Shown piece after piece: positions 12,145 to 23,772 of a stretch of DNA of 64,000 nt; position 1 is the stretch's first letter; each line of letters opens with the position of its first letter. Origin of the DNA: Eledone cirrhosa (taxonomy: Eukaryota); contig OZ024755.1 in assembly GCA_964016885.1 (NCBI GenBank), forward strand, positions 32,426,001 to 32,490,000. The letters run 5' to 3'. The notes under the pieces are model-generated. The model did no database searches, was not told the DNA's origin, and worked only from the letters and a program-made list of their open reading frames with translations. A program made the position numbers and the translations under genes.

Positions 12145-15100
12145 AGTCAAACTGCCCCTGCCACTGCCCCTGTCTCTCCTGCTCTCTCTCCATCTCTCAC
12201 TATAGTGAGCAAATGGGGTCCCATGCGCTGGCCAACCCACAGCCTCAGTAGACAGAATAGAGAAGGTGGTCGAACTCCCCCTGCCACTGCCCCTGTCTCT
12301 CTCCCCAATCTCTCACTATAGTGAGCAAATGGGGTCCCATGTGCTGGCCAACCCACAGCCCCAGTAGACAGAATAGAGAAGGTGATCGAACTGCCCCTAC
12401 CACTGTCCCTGTCTCTCTCTCCATCTCTCACTATAGTGAGCAACTGGGGTCCCATGTGCTGGCCAACCCACAGCCCCAGTAGACAGAATAGAGAAGGTGA
12501 TCGAACTGCCCCTACCACTGTCCCTGTCTCTCTCTCCATCTCTCACTATAGTGAGCAACTGGGGTCCCATGTGCTGGCCAACCCACAGCCCCAGTAGACA
12601 GAATAGAGAAGGTGATCGAACTGCCCCTACCACTGTCCCTGTCTCTCTCTCCATCTCTCACTATAGTGAGCAACTGGGGTCCCATGTGCTGGCCAACCCA
12701 CAGCCCCAGTAGACAGAATAGAGAAGGTGATCGAACTGCCCCTACCACTGTCCCTGTCTCTCTCTCCATCTCTCACTATAGTGAGCAACTGGGGTCCCAT
12801 GTGCTGGCCAACCCACAGCCCCAGTAGACAGAATAGAGAAGGTGATCGAACTGCCCCTACCACTGTCCCTGTCTCTCTCTCCATCTCTCACTATAGTGAG
12901 CAACTGGGGTCCCATGTGCTGGCCAACCCACAGCCCCAGTAGACAGAATAGAGAAGGTGATCGAACTGCCCCTACCACTGTCCCTGTCTCTCTCTCCATC
13001 TCTCACTATAGTGAGCAACTGGGGTCCCATGTGCTGGCCAACCCACAGCCCCAGTAGACAGAATAGAGAAGGTGATCGAACTGCCCCTACCACTGTCCCT
13101 GTCTCTCTCTCCATCTCTCACTATAGTGAGCAACTGGGGTCCCATGTGCTGGCCAACCCACAGCCCCAGTAGACAGAATAGAGAAGGTGATCGAACTGCC
13201 CCTCCCACTGTCCCTGTCTCTCTCTCCATCTCTCACTATAGTGAGCAACTGGGGTCCCATGTGCTGGCCAACCCACAGCCCCAGTAGACAGAATAGAGAA
13301 GGTGATCGAACTGCCCCTACCACTGTCCCTGTCTCTCTCTCCATCTCTCACTATAGTGAGCAACTGGGGTCCCATGTGCTGGCCAACCCACAGCCCCAGT
13401 AGACAGAATAGAGAAGGTAGTCGAACTGCCCCTACCACTGCCCCTGTCTCTCTCCCCAATCTCTCACTATAGTGAGCAAATGGGGTCCCATGTGCTGGCC
13501 AACGCACAGCCTCAGTAGACAGAATAGAGAAGGTGATCGAACTGCCCCTACCACTGCCCCTGTCTCTCCCTCCATCTCTCACTATAGTGAGCAAATGGGG
13601 TCCCATGCGCTGGCCAACCCACAGCCTCAGTAGACAGAATAGAGAAGGTGGTCGAACTGCCCCTACCACTGCCCCTGTCTCTCCCTCCATCTCTCACTAT
13701 AGTGAGCAAATGGGGTCCCATGCGCTGGCCAACCCACAGCCTCAGTAGACAGAATAGAGAAGGTGGTCGAACTGCCCCTACCACTGCCCCTGTCTCTCCC
13801 TCCATCTCTCACTATAGTGAGCAAATGGGGTCCCATGTGCTGGCCAACGCACAGCCTCAGTAGACAGAATAGAGAAGGTGATCGAACTGCCCCTACCACT
13901 GCCCCTGTCTCTCCCTCCATCTCTCACTATAGTGAGCAAATGGGGTCCCATGCGCTGGCCAACCCACAGCCTCAGTAGACAGAATAGAGAAGGTGGTCGA
14001 ACTGCCCCTACCACTGCCCCTGTCTCTCTCCCCAATCTCTCACTATAGTGAGCAAATGGGGTCCCATGTGCTGGCCAACCCACAGCCCCAGTAGACAGAA
14101 TAGAGAAGGTGGTCGAACTGCCCCTACCACTGCCCCTCTCCCCAATCTCTCACTATAGTGAGCAAATGGGGTCCCATGTGCTGGCCAACCCACAGCCCCA
14201 GTAGACAGAATAGAGAAGGTGGTCGAACTGCCCCTACCACTGCCCCTGTCTCTCTCCCCAATCTCTCACTATAGTGAGCAAATGGGGTCCCATGTGCTGG
14301 CCAACCCACAGCCCCAGTAGACAGAATAGAGAAGGTGGTCGAACTGCCCCTACCACTGCCCCTGTCTCTCTCCCCAATCTCTCACTATAGTGAGCAAATG
14401 GGGTCCCATGTGCTGGCCAACCCACAGCCCCAGTAGACAGAATAGAGAAGGTGGTCGAACTGCCCCTACCACTGCCCCTGTCTCTCTCCCCAATCTCTCA
14501 CTATAGTGAGCAAATGGGGTCCCATGTGCTGGCCAACCCACAGCCCCAGTAGACAGAATAGAGAAGGTGGTCGAACTGCCCCTACCACTCCCCCTGTCTC
14601 TCTCCTCAATCTCTCACTATAGTGAGCAAACGGGGTCCCATGCGCTGGCCAACCCACAGCCCCAGTAGACAGAATAGAGAAGGTGATCGAACTGCCCCTA
14701 CCACTGCCCCTGTCTCTCTCCCCAATCTCTCACTATAGTGAGCAAATGGGGTCCCATGTGCTGGCCAACCCACAGCCCCAGTAGACAGAATAGAGAAGGT
14801 GATCGAACTGCCCCTACCACTGTCCCTGTCTCTCTCCCCAATCTCTCACTATAGTGAGCAAATGGGGTCCCATGTGCTGGCCAACCCACAGCCTCAGTAG
14901 ACAGAATAGAGAAGGTGGTCGAACTGCCCCTACCACTGCCCCTGTCTCTCTCCCCAATCTCTCACTATAGTGAGCAAATGGGGTCCCATGTGCTGGCCAA
15001 CCCACAGCCCCAGTAGACAGAATAGAGAAGGTGATCGAACTGCCCCTACCACTGCCCCTGTCTCTCTCCCCAATCTCTCACTATGGTGAGCAAATGGGGT

Positions 15101-15953
15101 CCCATGTGCTGGCCAACCCACAGCCTCAGTAGACAGAATAGAGAAGGTGGTCGAACTGCCCCTACCACTGCCCCTGTCTCTCTCCCCAATCTCTCACTAT
15201 AGTGAGCAAATGGGGTCCCATGTGCTGGCCAACCCACAGCCTCAGTAGACAGAATAGAGAAGGTGGTCGAACTGCCCCTACCACTGCCCCTGTCTCTCTC
15301 CCCATCTCTCACTATAGTGAGCAACTGGGGTCCCATGTGCTGGCCAACCCACAGCCCCAGTAGACAGAATAGAGAAGGTGGTCGAACTGCCCCTACCACT
15401 GCCCCTCTCCCCAATCTCTCACTATAGTGAGCAAATGGGGTCCCATGCGCTGGCCAACCCACAGCCCCAGTAGACAGAATAGAGAAGGTGGTCGAACTGC
15501 CCCTACCACTGCCCCTGTCTCTCTCCCCAATCTCTCACTATAGTGAGCAAATGGGGTCCCATGTGCTGGCCAACCCACAGCCCCAGTAGACAGAATAGAG
15601 AAGGTGATCGAACTGCCCCTAGGACTGTCCCTGTCTCTCTCCCCAATCTCTCACTATAGTGAGCAAATGGGGTCCCATGCGCTGGCCAACCCACAGCCCC
15701 AGTAGACAGAATAGAGAAGGTGATCGAACTGCCCCTAGGACTGTCCCTGTCTCTCTCCCCAATCCCTCACTATAGTGAGCAAATGGGGTCCCATGCGCTG
15801 GCCAACCCACAGCCCCAGTAGACAGAATAGAGAAGGTGGTCGAACTGCCCCTACCACTGCCCCTGTCTCTCTCCCCAATCCCTCACTATAGTGAGCAAAT
15901 GGGGTCCCATGTGCTGGCCAACCCACAGCCCCAGTAGACAGAATAGAGAAGGT
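12145..15953. repeat. Tandem array, about 33 copies of a 115-116 bp unit derived from a CRE-like LINE 3' end
   Basis: Unit TCGAACTGCCCCTACCACTG...CTCACTATAGTGAG...GAATAGAGAAGGTG; ORF track repeats every 115-116 bp. Confidence 0.95.
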
Positions 15954-16050
15954 GTTTCCTTGGAGGATGGGCAGGGAGGGAGACGTGCTGGAAGAGCCAT
16001 TGCAGCTTGCAAGGTTCACTCCTGCAGGTAGCCAACTCAGTGCCTATGGT
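15930..16050 (-). pseudogene. CRE-like (restriction-like endonuclease) non-LTR ORF C-terminus
   Basis: TIGTELATCRSEPCKLQWLFQHVSL/(frameshift)ILQGNTFSILS resembles the LxQRxSLAxxRGNA motif; homologous to 53095-53290. Confidence 0.7.
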
Positions 16051-16080
16051 GGTTACTTCATCACCACCAAGTTGTTACCA

Positions 16081-16572
16081 CATGGAACAAACTACCTGCA
16101 TCAGTTGTTAGCTGTCGAGACACTGCATCCTTTAAAACCTCCATGGAACAAACTACCTGCATCAGTTGTTAGCTGTCGAGACACTGCATCCTTTAAAACC
16201 CCCATGGAACAAACTACCTGCATCAGTTGTTAGCTGTCGAGACACTGCATCCTTTAAAACCTCCATGGAACAAACTACCTGCATCAGTTGTTAGCTGTCG
16301 AGACACTGCATCCTTTAAAATCTCCATGGAACAAACTACCTGCCTCAGTTGTTAGCTGTCGAGACACTGCATCCTTTAAAACCCCCATGGAACAAACTAC
16401 CTGCATCAGTTGTTAGCTGTCGAGACACTGCATCCTTTAAAATCTCCATGGAACAAACTACCTGCATCAGTTGTTAGCTGTCGAGACACTGCATCCTTTA
16501 AAACCTCCATGGAACAAACTACCTGCATCAGTTGTTAGCTGCTGAGACACTGCATCCTTTAAAACCTCCATG
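16081..16572 (+). repeat. 61-bp tandem array, 8 copies, from a CR1-like LINE ORF end
   Basis: Unit CATGGAACAAACTACCTGCATCAGTTGTTAGCTGTCGAGACACTGCATCCTTTAAAACCTC encodes WNKLPASVVSCRDTASFK. Confidence 0.95.
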
Positions 16573-16755
16573 CTTCCTAAAATTCACCAAGACTACACCT
16601 GATATTCCCCCTACATCCATACACACGCATGTATATCATGACTCATATATTGTTCACTTTCCTGACATTTGTACATTATTCTATGTACTATACGTGCACC
16701 TTTGATGAGTTGAAGTGCACCTGAGCACTGTACACAATAATTTCATTATTATTAA
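16510..16755 (+). mobile_element. CR1-like LINE 3' end with (ATT)n tail
   Basis: WNxLPxxVV..FK motif, then a 3' UTR shared with 2585-2930 and 36805-36985. Confidence 0.75.
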
Positions 16756-16980
16756 TAGTAAAAATGATTTTATGTTCACAAGCATTATTGCTATGATTAA
16801 AATAACAATTATGACCAACACTGACTGTATTACCAACATTGTTTCAATCAAACTGTCCCCGTCTATTGTATTGTCCCTTATATGTCGGCCCTTGTGGTCA
16901 ATATGCTTTGCAGCATAGAGTTATGTCCCTTTGCATTCTGAGTTCTAATACCGCTGAGGTTAACTTTGCCTTTCATCCTT

Positions 16981-19562
16981 CTATCTATCTATCTAGGGTG
17001 GGTAAAATTCCTGAGATCCATGAACGAGTTCTCCCCAGCGGTCTCTGTCCTCATTATCGCTGCCATGCCCTGCATCTCCAAGAGACCAGTGTCTGTTCTT
17101 AGGGCATCAACATATGTTAACTTCGGTCTTCCTCTTCCAGTGTATCCATGCAAGGGCTCCCACAGGAGCACTGAGTGCAGTGTCAACTCTGGATGTCGGT
17201 GAGCGTGCCCAGCTAACCTCAGTCTCCTCTGTGTCACTTTTGAGCTGACCTCTGGGAGGCTCCCATACAGCTCTGAGTTCTTCACCCTCAGTGTATACTG
17301 ATTAATGTTCAGAGCCATCCTTAGCCTTCGCGTGTAGCACCCATCCATCATCTGAGTGAGTTTCTTGGTCAGTGTCCAAGTCTCAGACCCATACAGCAGC
17401 ACAGACTCCACTACAGCAACAAAGAGGTGGATCTTCAGGTCTTTACAAAGGTCCGACTTCCACACAGATCTCAAGCTGTGACATGCTTCCCAGGCTTTGC
17501 TCTTCCTCTCGACTACATCATCTTCCGTATTCCCAATCTTTGCTCCCAAATACAGGAAGTCCTCAACCAATTCTAGCAGCTTCCTGCCTACATTAGTAAT
17601 CTTCTTTGGCTTCTTAATATTCTCTACCAGATATTTCGCCTTAATCTCATTAATTTTCAGCCCCGCACTCATTGACACAGTCTCCACCCCTGTATCAAAT
17701 TCTCTGCCTCCTTCACTGTGTTTGTCACCAAAATTATGTCGTCAGCAAATTCAGCATCCCATATTTTTTTCGCCTTAACTCTCTTGCTCTAAGCTGGTGT
17801 TACATTAAAGCCAGAGTCCTGGTGATTCTCCAGCGCAAGCCACATACAATAGTCCACTACGATGATAAAAAGGTAGGGAGCCAATGTATCTTCATGGAGC
17901 ACTCCAGCCAGTATCGCAAAGAACTCCGGCTTCCTATCAGGTGTAATGACTTGGGCTTTGGTGTTGGTGTAGAGCAGTGGTCCACTATCTTCTTGAGGAT
18001 TCCATAAGCCTGTAAGATCTTCATCAGGCAGTGACGGTCCACAGAATCAAAGGCCTTCCTAAAGTCAATGAAAACCATGACTGCAGGAAGGCACTTTGCT
18101 CTAGCACCCTCTAATATCCTCCTCAGCATCAGGATTTGACTGGTGGTTGATCTTCCCTCTCTGAAGCCATTCTGGTTGTCCCTGAGCTTCTTCTCCATCT
18201 CGGGCTGGATCCTGTTAAGAGTCTTTGCCACAAGTGACGTCAGTGAGATCCCCCTGTAGTTGTTGGTGTTAGAGAAATCTCCCTTCTTTGGCACTGGGAC
18301 GATGTTACTGATCCTCCACTGATTCAGGGCAACTCCTTTCTCCAGTGCCTGGTTACAGAACTCCAGGATATCATCAAATTCACCTCTGATGCCACTCCAT
18401 CTTCTCCATGAGACTTGTCCTCCTTGATCTTCTTCTTGGCTCTCTGCAGCTCCTCTCTGATGAAGGGCCCTGTCTCAATATCCAGTTCCTCAAACAGCCG
18501 CCTGATCTCCCCAGTGTTCTGGGCTGTGGAGGGCAGCTCTACTAGTAGGGTCCTAAAATGGTCCAGCCATTTCCCCTTCTTATCCTCGGGCCCTGTTCTC
18601 TGGATCTGACTTGAACACCTTCTCTTCCTCTCTGTGATCTCGTTGATGATCATCCAACTCTCCTTACATCCAGACCTGCCAACTGCTCTCTCCACACTTC
18701 TGATCTCTATCAGTGCCTCCTCTCTGGCCTCAGTGTAAGCGGTACAGAGTTCTTCCCTCATCACCACCACATTCTCCTTCCTTTCTTTTGTAGGATCAGC
18801 ATAGAATTGGTCCTTGGCAGCTTTCAGGTGTTCTCTGGCTGCACGCACTTTTGGGTCTGCAGAGATGACATGCTTCCTTTTGTTCTTTCTCCTCGGCACC
18901 AGGGTCTCACTTGCTTCTGCCACTGCATTGGTGAAGTACCTGTACCTCCTCATCACACTCTCCTCAGTCCCTCTAATCTCTCTCTCCTCTGCCTCTCCAC
19001 ACAGAGCACTGAACCTGTTCCTCACTTCCACTGTGAACCTCTCCTGTAGCTTATCATCTTCCTTGAAAGCTCCCCAGCCATAGATTGCTCTTTCTTAAGC
19101 TCACCCGGACCTCACTTATAACAAGCCGGTGGTCACTACCCAGTGTACTGAAATAGTTGTATGGTTCTGTGTTCAGAACACTATTCCGCCACTTTTTCCT
19201 CACCAGAAGGAAATCAATCTGGGACTTAGACAGGTGCATATCTGAGATGTAGGTCCACATCTTCCCCGGATTCTTCCTAAACCTTAGGTTGGTTGCTATC
19301 AAGTTTGCCTCCAGCAGGGTGTCTCTCAGTAGTTTTCCATTTTGGTTGGTGTTGTTATGGAAGTACCAGTGAGGATCTTCACTGCTCTCCTTACTCAGAT
19401 GTGCATTGAAGTCCCCCAGAACAAGCAGGATGTTGTATGATGTTGACAGCTCTACACACCTCCTCATGGAACTCCTCCGCACTCACATCACTGTCTCCCT
19501 CGGTTGGACTATAGGCTTAGATGACTGTCAGTTTTGGGTTTCCATTGAAGGCCACCCTCATT
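16981..19562 (-). mobile_element. RTE-like LINE body (APE endonuclease + RT), frameshifted, (TAGA)n tail
   Basis: FNGNP..AYSPT, LGDFNA, QIDF, SDHRLV, PKKGD..NYRGISL, QNGFR, FIDFRKAFDSV, FADD, YLG, LLYGSETW, RRLRLAGH, GRPKLTY. Confidence 0.95.
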
Positions 19563-20128
19563 GTCCTGGGTATGACATTAAACTACATCCAGTGGCAAGG
19601 CTCCAGTTCGAGAGTTCAGGAGCTGTGGGGAATGTAAAGTTACCCCTTAATTGTCATAACTCCCAGGTCTGCTCTGGCTCGGAGTAGTAGTACCTGTTAG
19701 GGCCCCATTTATGGGTTAAATAATTACCTTATTCGAGTGGCGCGAGTAAGGTATTATCAGCCACTGAAAAGAACCATGGAGAGTGGATTTCACAGCACTA
19801 GGGTTAGAGCCCCTAACTACACTGTCAAGGAGCAGTCTGGTCGTTATTACACTGCTGGTTTAGAGCCACAGGGAGGGCCGGTGGATGATGGATCCGCTGT
19901 CTCTGAGACAAATATAAAGAATGCAGAAGAGCCATTAAAATGGGCACTCTGAATGTGAGGACTATTCGGACACTGGAGAAGAGGGAGGAGTTGGGTCATC
20001 TGTTCGAGGAGAGTGGTATACAGATACTTGCAATCCAAGAACACAGGATCCTACACGATGAGCCCGTGAGGAGTGTGATGATTGGGAAGAGGAGCCAGCT
20101 CATCACCACATCAGCAGTGAAGAACATG
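19563..20128 (+). mobile_element. Inverted 5' UTR and endonuclease N-terminus of the same LINE
   Basis: MGTLNVRTI...ILAIQEHR...LITTSAVKN on the strand opposite to the body. Confidence 0.85.
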
Positions 20129-20249
20129 ACATCAACTAACCAGGGTAATAATTTCATCCTTACGGGGGTCGATAAAATAAAGTACCAGTAATACACTGGC
20201 ATAATTTCTGGCCTTGTGCCAAATGTAGATGTCGGCCCTTGTGGCTAAT

Positions 20250-20662
20250 AAGGTGAATTGGCAGTATCGGTAGAGGGTCGGACACCATGCTTTGACGCAT
20301 AGAGTTACGGCCCTTGCCATTCTGAGATCAAATCCCGCCGAGGTTAACTTTGCCTTTCATCCTTACGGGGTCGATAAAATAAAGTACCAGTAATACACTG
20401 GGATAATTTCTGGCCTTGTGCCAAATGTAGAAACAATTATCATTATTATTATTATTATTATCATTATTATTTCTCCATGATGGCCCTCGGAAGTCTCCCC
20501 CCCCCCCCCTATTGGGGAATTTTTCATTGTTCTTTTTTTTGTTACATCCTCTGTTTTTTTTTGTTTTTTTACATGCAGAAATTCCCATTTGTACCGTCCT
20601 GTATTGTCCTGTACTGTCCTTAATGTCTACTTTGTGTAAACCCTTGTGGTTAATAAAGAAAG

Positions 20663-20696
<34 letters not shown>

Positions 20697-21160
20697 GCGG
20701 TGGATTGGCAGTATCGGTAGAGGGTCGGATGGCATGCTTTGAAGCATAGAGTTACCTCCCTGTATGACCTGAGTTCAAATCCCGCCGAGGTTAACTTTGC
20801 CTTTCATCCTTCCGGGGTCGATAGAATAAAGTACCAGTAATGCACTGGGGTAATTGCTGGCCTTGTGCCAAAAGTAGAAACAATTATTATTATTAATAAA
20901 GTACTGTAAATTAAAGGTGGAAAACTGGGAGAGGGCACTTGCCTTGGTGGTCAGGGTCATTGTGGCTTTTTACTGGGCTTTCTCCACAAATGTCCCTCCG
21001 AAGTCTCCCCCTATTGGGGAATTTTTCATTGTTATTTTTTGTTACATCCTCTGTTTTTGTTTTTTACACACAGAAATGCCCATTTGTACCGTCCTGCATT
21101 GTCCTGCACTGTCCTTAATGTCTACTTTATGTAAACCCTTGTGGTTAATAAAGAAATCAT
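20250..21160 (+). mobile_element. Alternating SINE-A copies and two copies of an unidentified LINE-like 3' UTR
   Basis: SINE-A at about 20250-20440 and 20697-20890; duplicated CCCTC(C/G)GAAGTCTCCCCC...GTTAATAAAGAAA ending in (TTA)n. Confidence 0.65.
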
Positions 21161-21164
21161 TATT

Positions 21165-21460
21165 AATAAAGTACTGGGTAATTGCTGGCCTTGTGCCTAA
21201 AGTAGAAACAATTATTATTATTATTAATAAAGTACTGGGTAATTGCTGGCCTTGTGCCAAACGTAGAAACAATTATTATTATTATTAATAAAGTACTGGG
21301 TAATTGCTGGCCTTGTGCCTAAAGTAGAAACAATTATTATTATTATTAATAAAGTCTGGGTAATTGCTGGCCTTGTGCCAAACGTAGAAACAATTATTAT
21401 TATTATTAATAAAGTACTGGGTAATTGCTGGCCTTGTGCCTAAAGTAGAAATTATTATTA
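21165..21460 (+). repeat. About 5 tandem copies (~60 bp) of the SINE-A 3' tail
   Basis: AATAAAGTACTGGGTAATTGCTGGCCTTGTGCC..GTAGAAACAATTATT repeated. Confidence 0.9.
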
Positions 21461-22059
21461 TTATTATTATTATCATCATCAACCTATCCCAGTGCCGGGA
21501 GCTCAATCAGCTGAAAAGGGATTTACAGTATGATTATAATGTAATTGAAGAAGGTATTCTCAGGATTCTTTAAATTCTAATTTTCTCCTACCAATCTCAG
21601 CCCTCCATGGTGGGATATACAGCATATATTATTCAAGTTGACCTAAATATTCTTCTCAATAGATGTCTCTATTAGATATTCTAAAGCTTCTCTTATCTAT
21701 AATGATGGTTTGTTTTTTGAACAGTTCTAATATATTCTATAGCTAATATATGAATATATTTAAACACAAACACACACAGAGACTCATACATACACATACA
21801 CACGCATATATATGTATATATATATATATACACACACACAAACACACATTCATACACATACACATATATATATATATATACACACATACACACACTCATG
21901 TACAAACACATACATTTATCTAATCATTAGTACATGTTAATATATACATAGACTTCTATATTGATAAAAGCCATACTCATATATATATACATATAGAGAT
22001 ATAAGCCTTATATATATATATATATATAAGTATTAATAACATAGATGTTCTATTGATCA

Positions 22060-22122
22060 ATTACATTTTATTATACATATTTCGGATGTACAACAGTACG
22101 TCCTCATCAGACAAAATATAAT
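22060..22122 (-). ncRNA. Type I hammerhead ribozyme (inverted copy)
   Basis: Reverse complement of 22185-22247. Confidence 0.75.
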
Positions 22123-22184
22123 GATACATGACATACCCTTGATTAAATCTTAACCATTTAACATCTCAGGGTATGTCATGTATC

Positions 22185-22247
22185 ATTATATTTTGTCTGA
22201 TGAGGACGTACTGTTGTACATCCGAAATATGTATAATAAAATGTAAT
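22185..22247 (+). ncRNA. Type I hammerhead ribozyme
   Basis: ATTATATTTTGT-CTGATGA-GGACGTAC(TGTT)GTACATCC-GAAA-TATGTA-TA-ATAAAATGTAAT; 12-bp stem I with two GU pairs. Confidence 0.8.
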
Positions 22248-22380
22248 TGATCAAAAGAACATCTATTTTATTAATACTTATATTAATAACTCCTGAAAAT
22301 TATTTTCTGTTGAGTGCTTCCAATCTACTGTAAAACTCATTCTTTTACATAATCATTGAATATTGTTTAACAACTTAATA

Positions 22381-22424
<44 letters not shown>

Positions 22425-23027
22425 AATAATGGAGCTGCGGCGCTGCAAATGGGTTACATATGAAAAAGTTTGTCCTCATAAGTGGCCTTCCAACCGTCGT
22501 AGGCATTTCATCGCATTAAAGGCCATATACCTCAGGTTGGTGCGAGCAACGGCTAAAAAAAGTCGTTGGGACACGTAAATAAGGGGGACGCTAGGGTAAA
22601 CAAACAAAATGGTTTAAGCAACAGAAAGGGATGGAGAAGAAAGAAACAAGTCCCAGATTTCTATGAATATAAATTTGGTGGAATCGTGAACGAGAGAATA
22701 AAGACCATCAAACCTGGTTGAAATGTGAGCAAGGAAGGAAATTCGCACAGGTCTAACGGGAGGAAGAAGGGGTCTGGTCTGCTAATTCGGTAAACATAAG
22801 TTCTGTGAAGTCGCAGACGAGAGAGAGAGAAAAAAAAAAAAAAATTCATACCAGCTTGGCCAAGTGCCCGCGAGAAAAGGATTACGGACAGGTCAAACGG
22901 GAAGAAAGGGGAGGAGGAGAGGTAGTGACAGAGAGTGAGTGAGTGAAAGGTGAGGAAGAGGCTAACAGAGAGAGAGAGACTGCTAGAAAGGGTAAAGACA
23001 TATATATATATATATATATATATATAA

Positions 23028-23225
23028 GTATTGAAGTTTCCGTTGAAAATTGAAAAAGTCATAGGAGTGATATATATAACGAAGGAAGTGTGGTAAGGAA
23101 CCAGGTGGACCATAATGCACCTGAGTACTCAATACTTAGGGTAGTAGAGTGGGTAATAGGAAAATGTTCAAGACCCCGACGGCAGAGCTCAAGCCGTTTT
23201 GACGGCTATTTCTGGACTCAGAAGC
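23028..23225 (-). mobile_element. Penelope-like pLTR fragment (also at 24160-24303 and 34450-34648)
   Basis: Shared GAGTACTCAATACTTAGGG...CCCCGACGGCAGAGCTCAAGCCGTTT. Confidence 0.6.
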
Positions 23226-23300
23226 GAAAACCAACCAAACAGTGAGTGTGTTCTGTTATTAATTCTGGCAATATTATTACAACAATATGACCCTCCCCAA

Positions 23301-23367
<67 letters not shown>

Positions 23368-23564
23368 CAGAGAGAGAGATAAATCTACCAAAATATACGG
23401 TAGTGTCCAATCCGTATGAAGAACTCAATGTAATGCAAATATCATGAAAAGAGAAGATGTATTCAAAAATTGTTTCGATGAGAATCACACGAAAACAGAG
23501 TCAAGATAAATTAATAAAAACAATGAATAAAAACAAAGAAACAGTTCCTTATATTAAAATATTA

Positions 23565-23696
23565 ATCATTTTACGATCGTTTCTAGGATATATATGTGTG
23601 TTGGTATGTATATCATATAGATCTATGTAAAAATTTTACAAACTATCAGAGGAAATATACATACCTACACATATATATGCTGTCTTCAGAAATAAT
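23565..23696 (-). ncRNA. Type I hammerhead ribozyme with long stem II
   Basis: ATTATTT-CTGAAGA-~100-nt hairpin (ATATATATGTGT/ACACATATATAT, GGTATGTATAT/ATATACATACC)-GAAAC-GATC-GTA-AAATGAT. Confidence 0.7.
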
Positions 23697-23737
23697 ATAT
23701 AAATATATATATATATAAATATATATGTATATATATA

Positions 23738-23772
<35 letters not shown>

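Larger units (their letters stand above)
22027..22380. mobile_element. Palindromic Penelope-like cassette with two HHRs
   Basis: Arms about 22027-22139 and 22168-22280, tail with TTGAGTGCTT, flanked by (TA)n. Confidence 0.75.

Noticed and set aside
12145-15953. CRISPR-like array, or T7 promoter/vector contamination (CTCACTATAG)
   Set aside because: No unique spacers or cas genes; only 10 nt match T7, TAATACGA is absent, and the motif is part of a palindrome in a retroelement-derived unit
12145-15953. Retrozyme-type tandem array
   Set aside because: No CTGANGA/GAAA hammerhead core on either strand of the unit
12147-16019. Repeated 60-190 aa ORFs
   Set aside because: By-products of the tandem unit, whose length is not a multiple of 3
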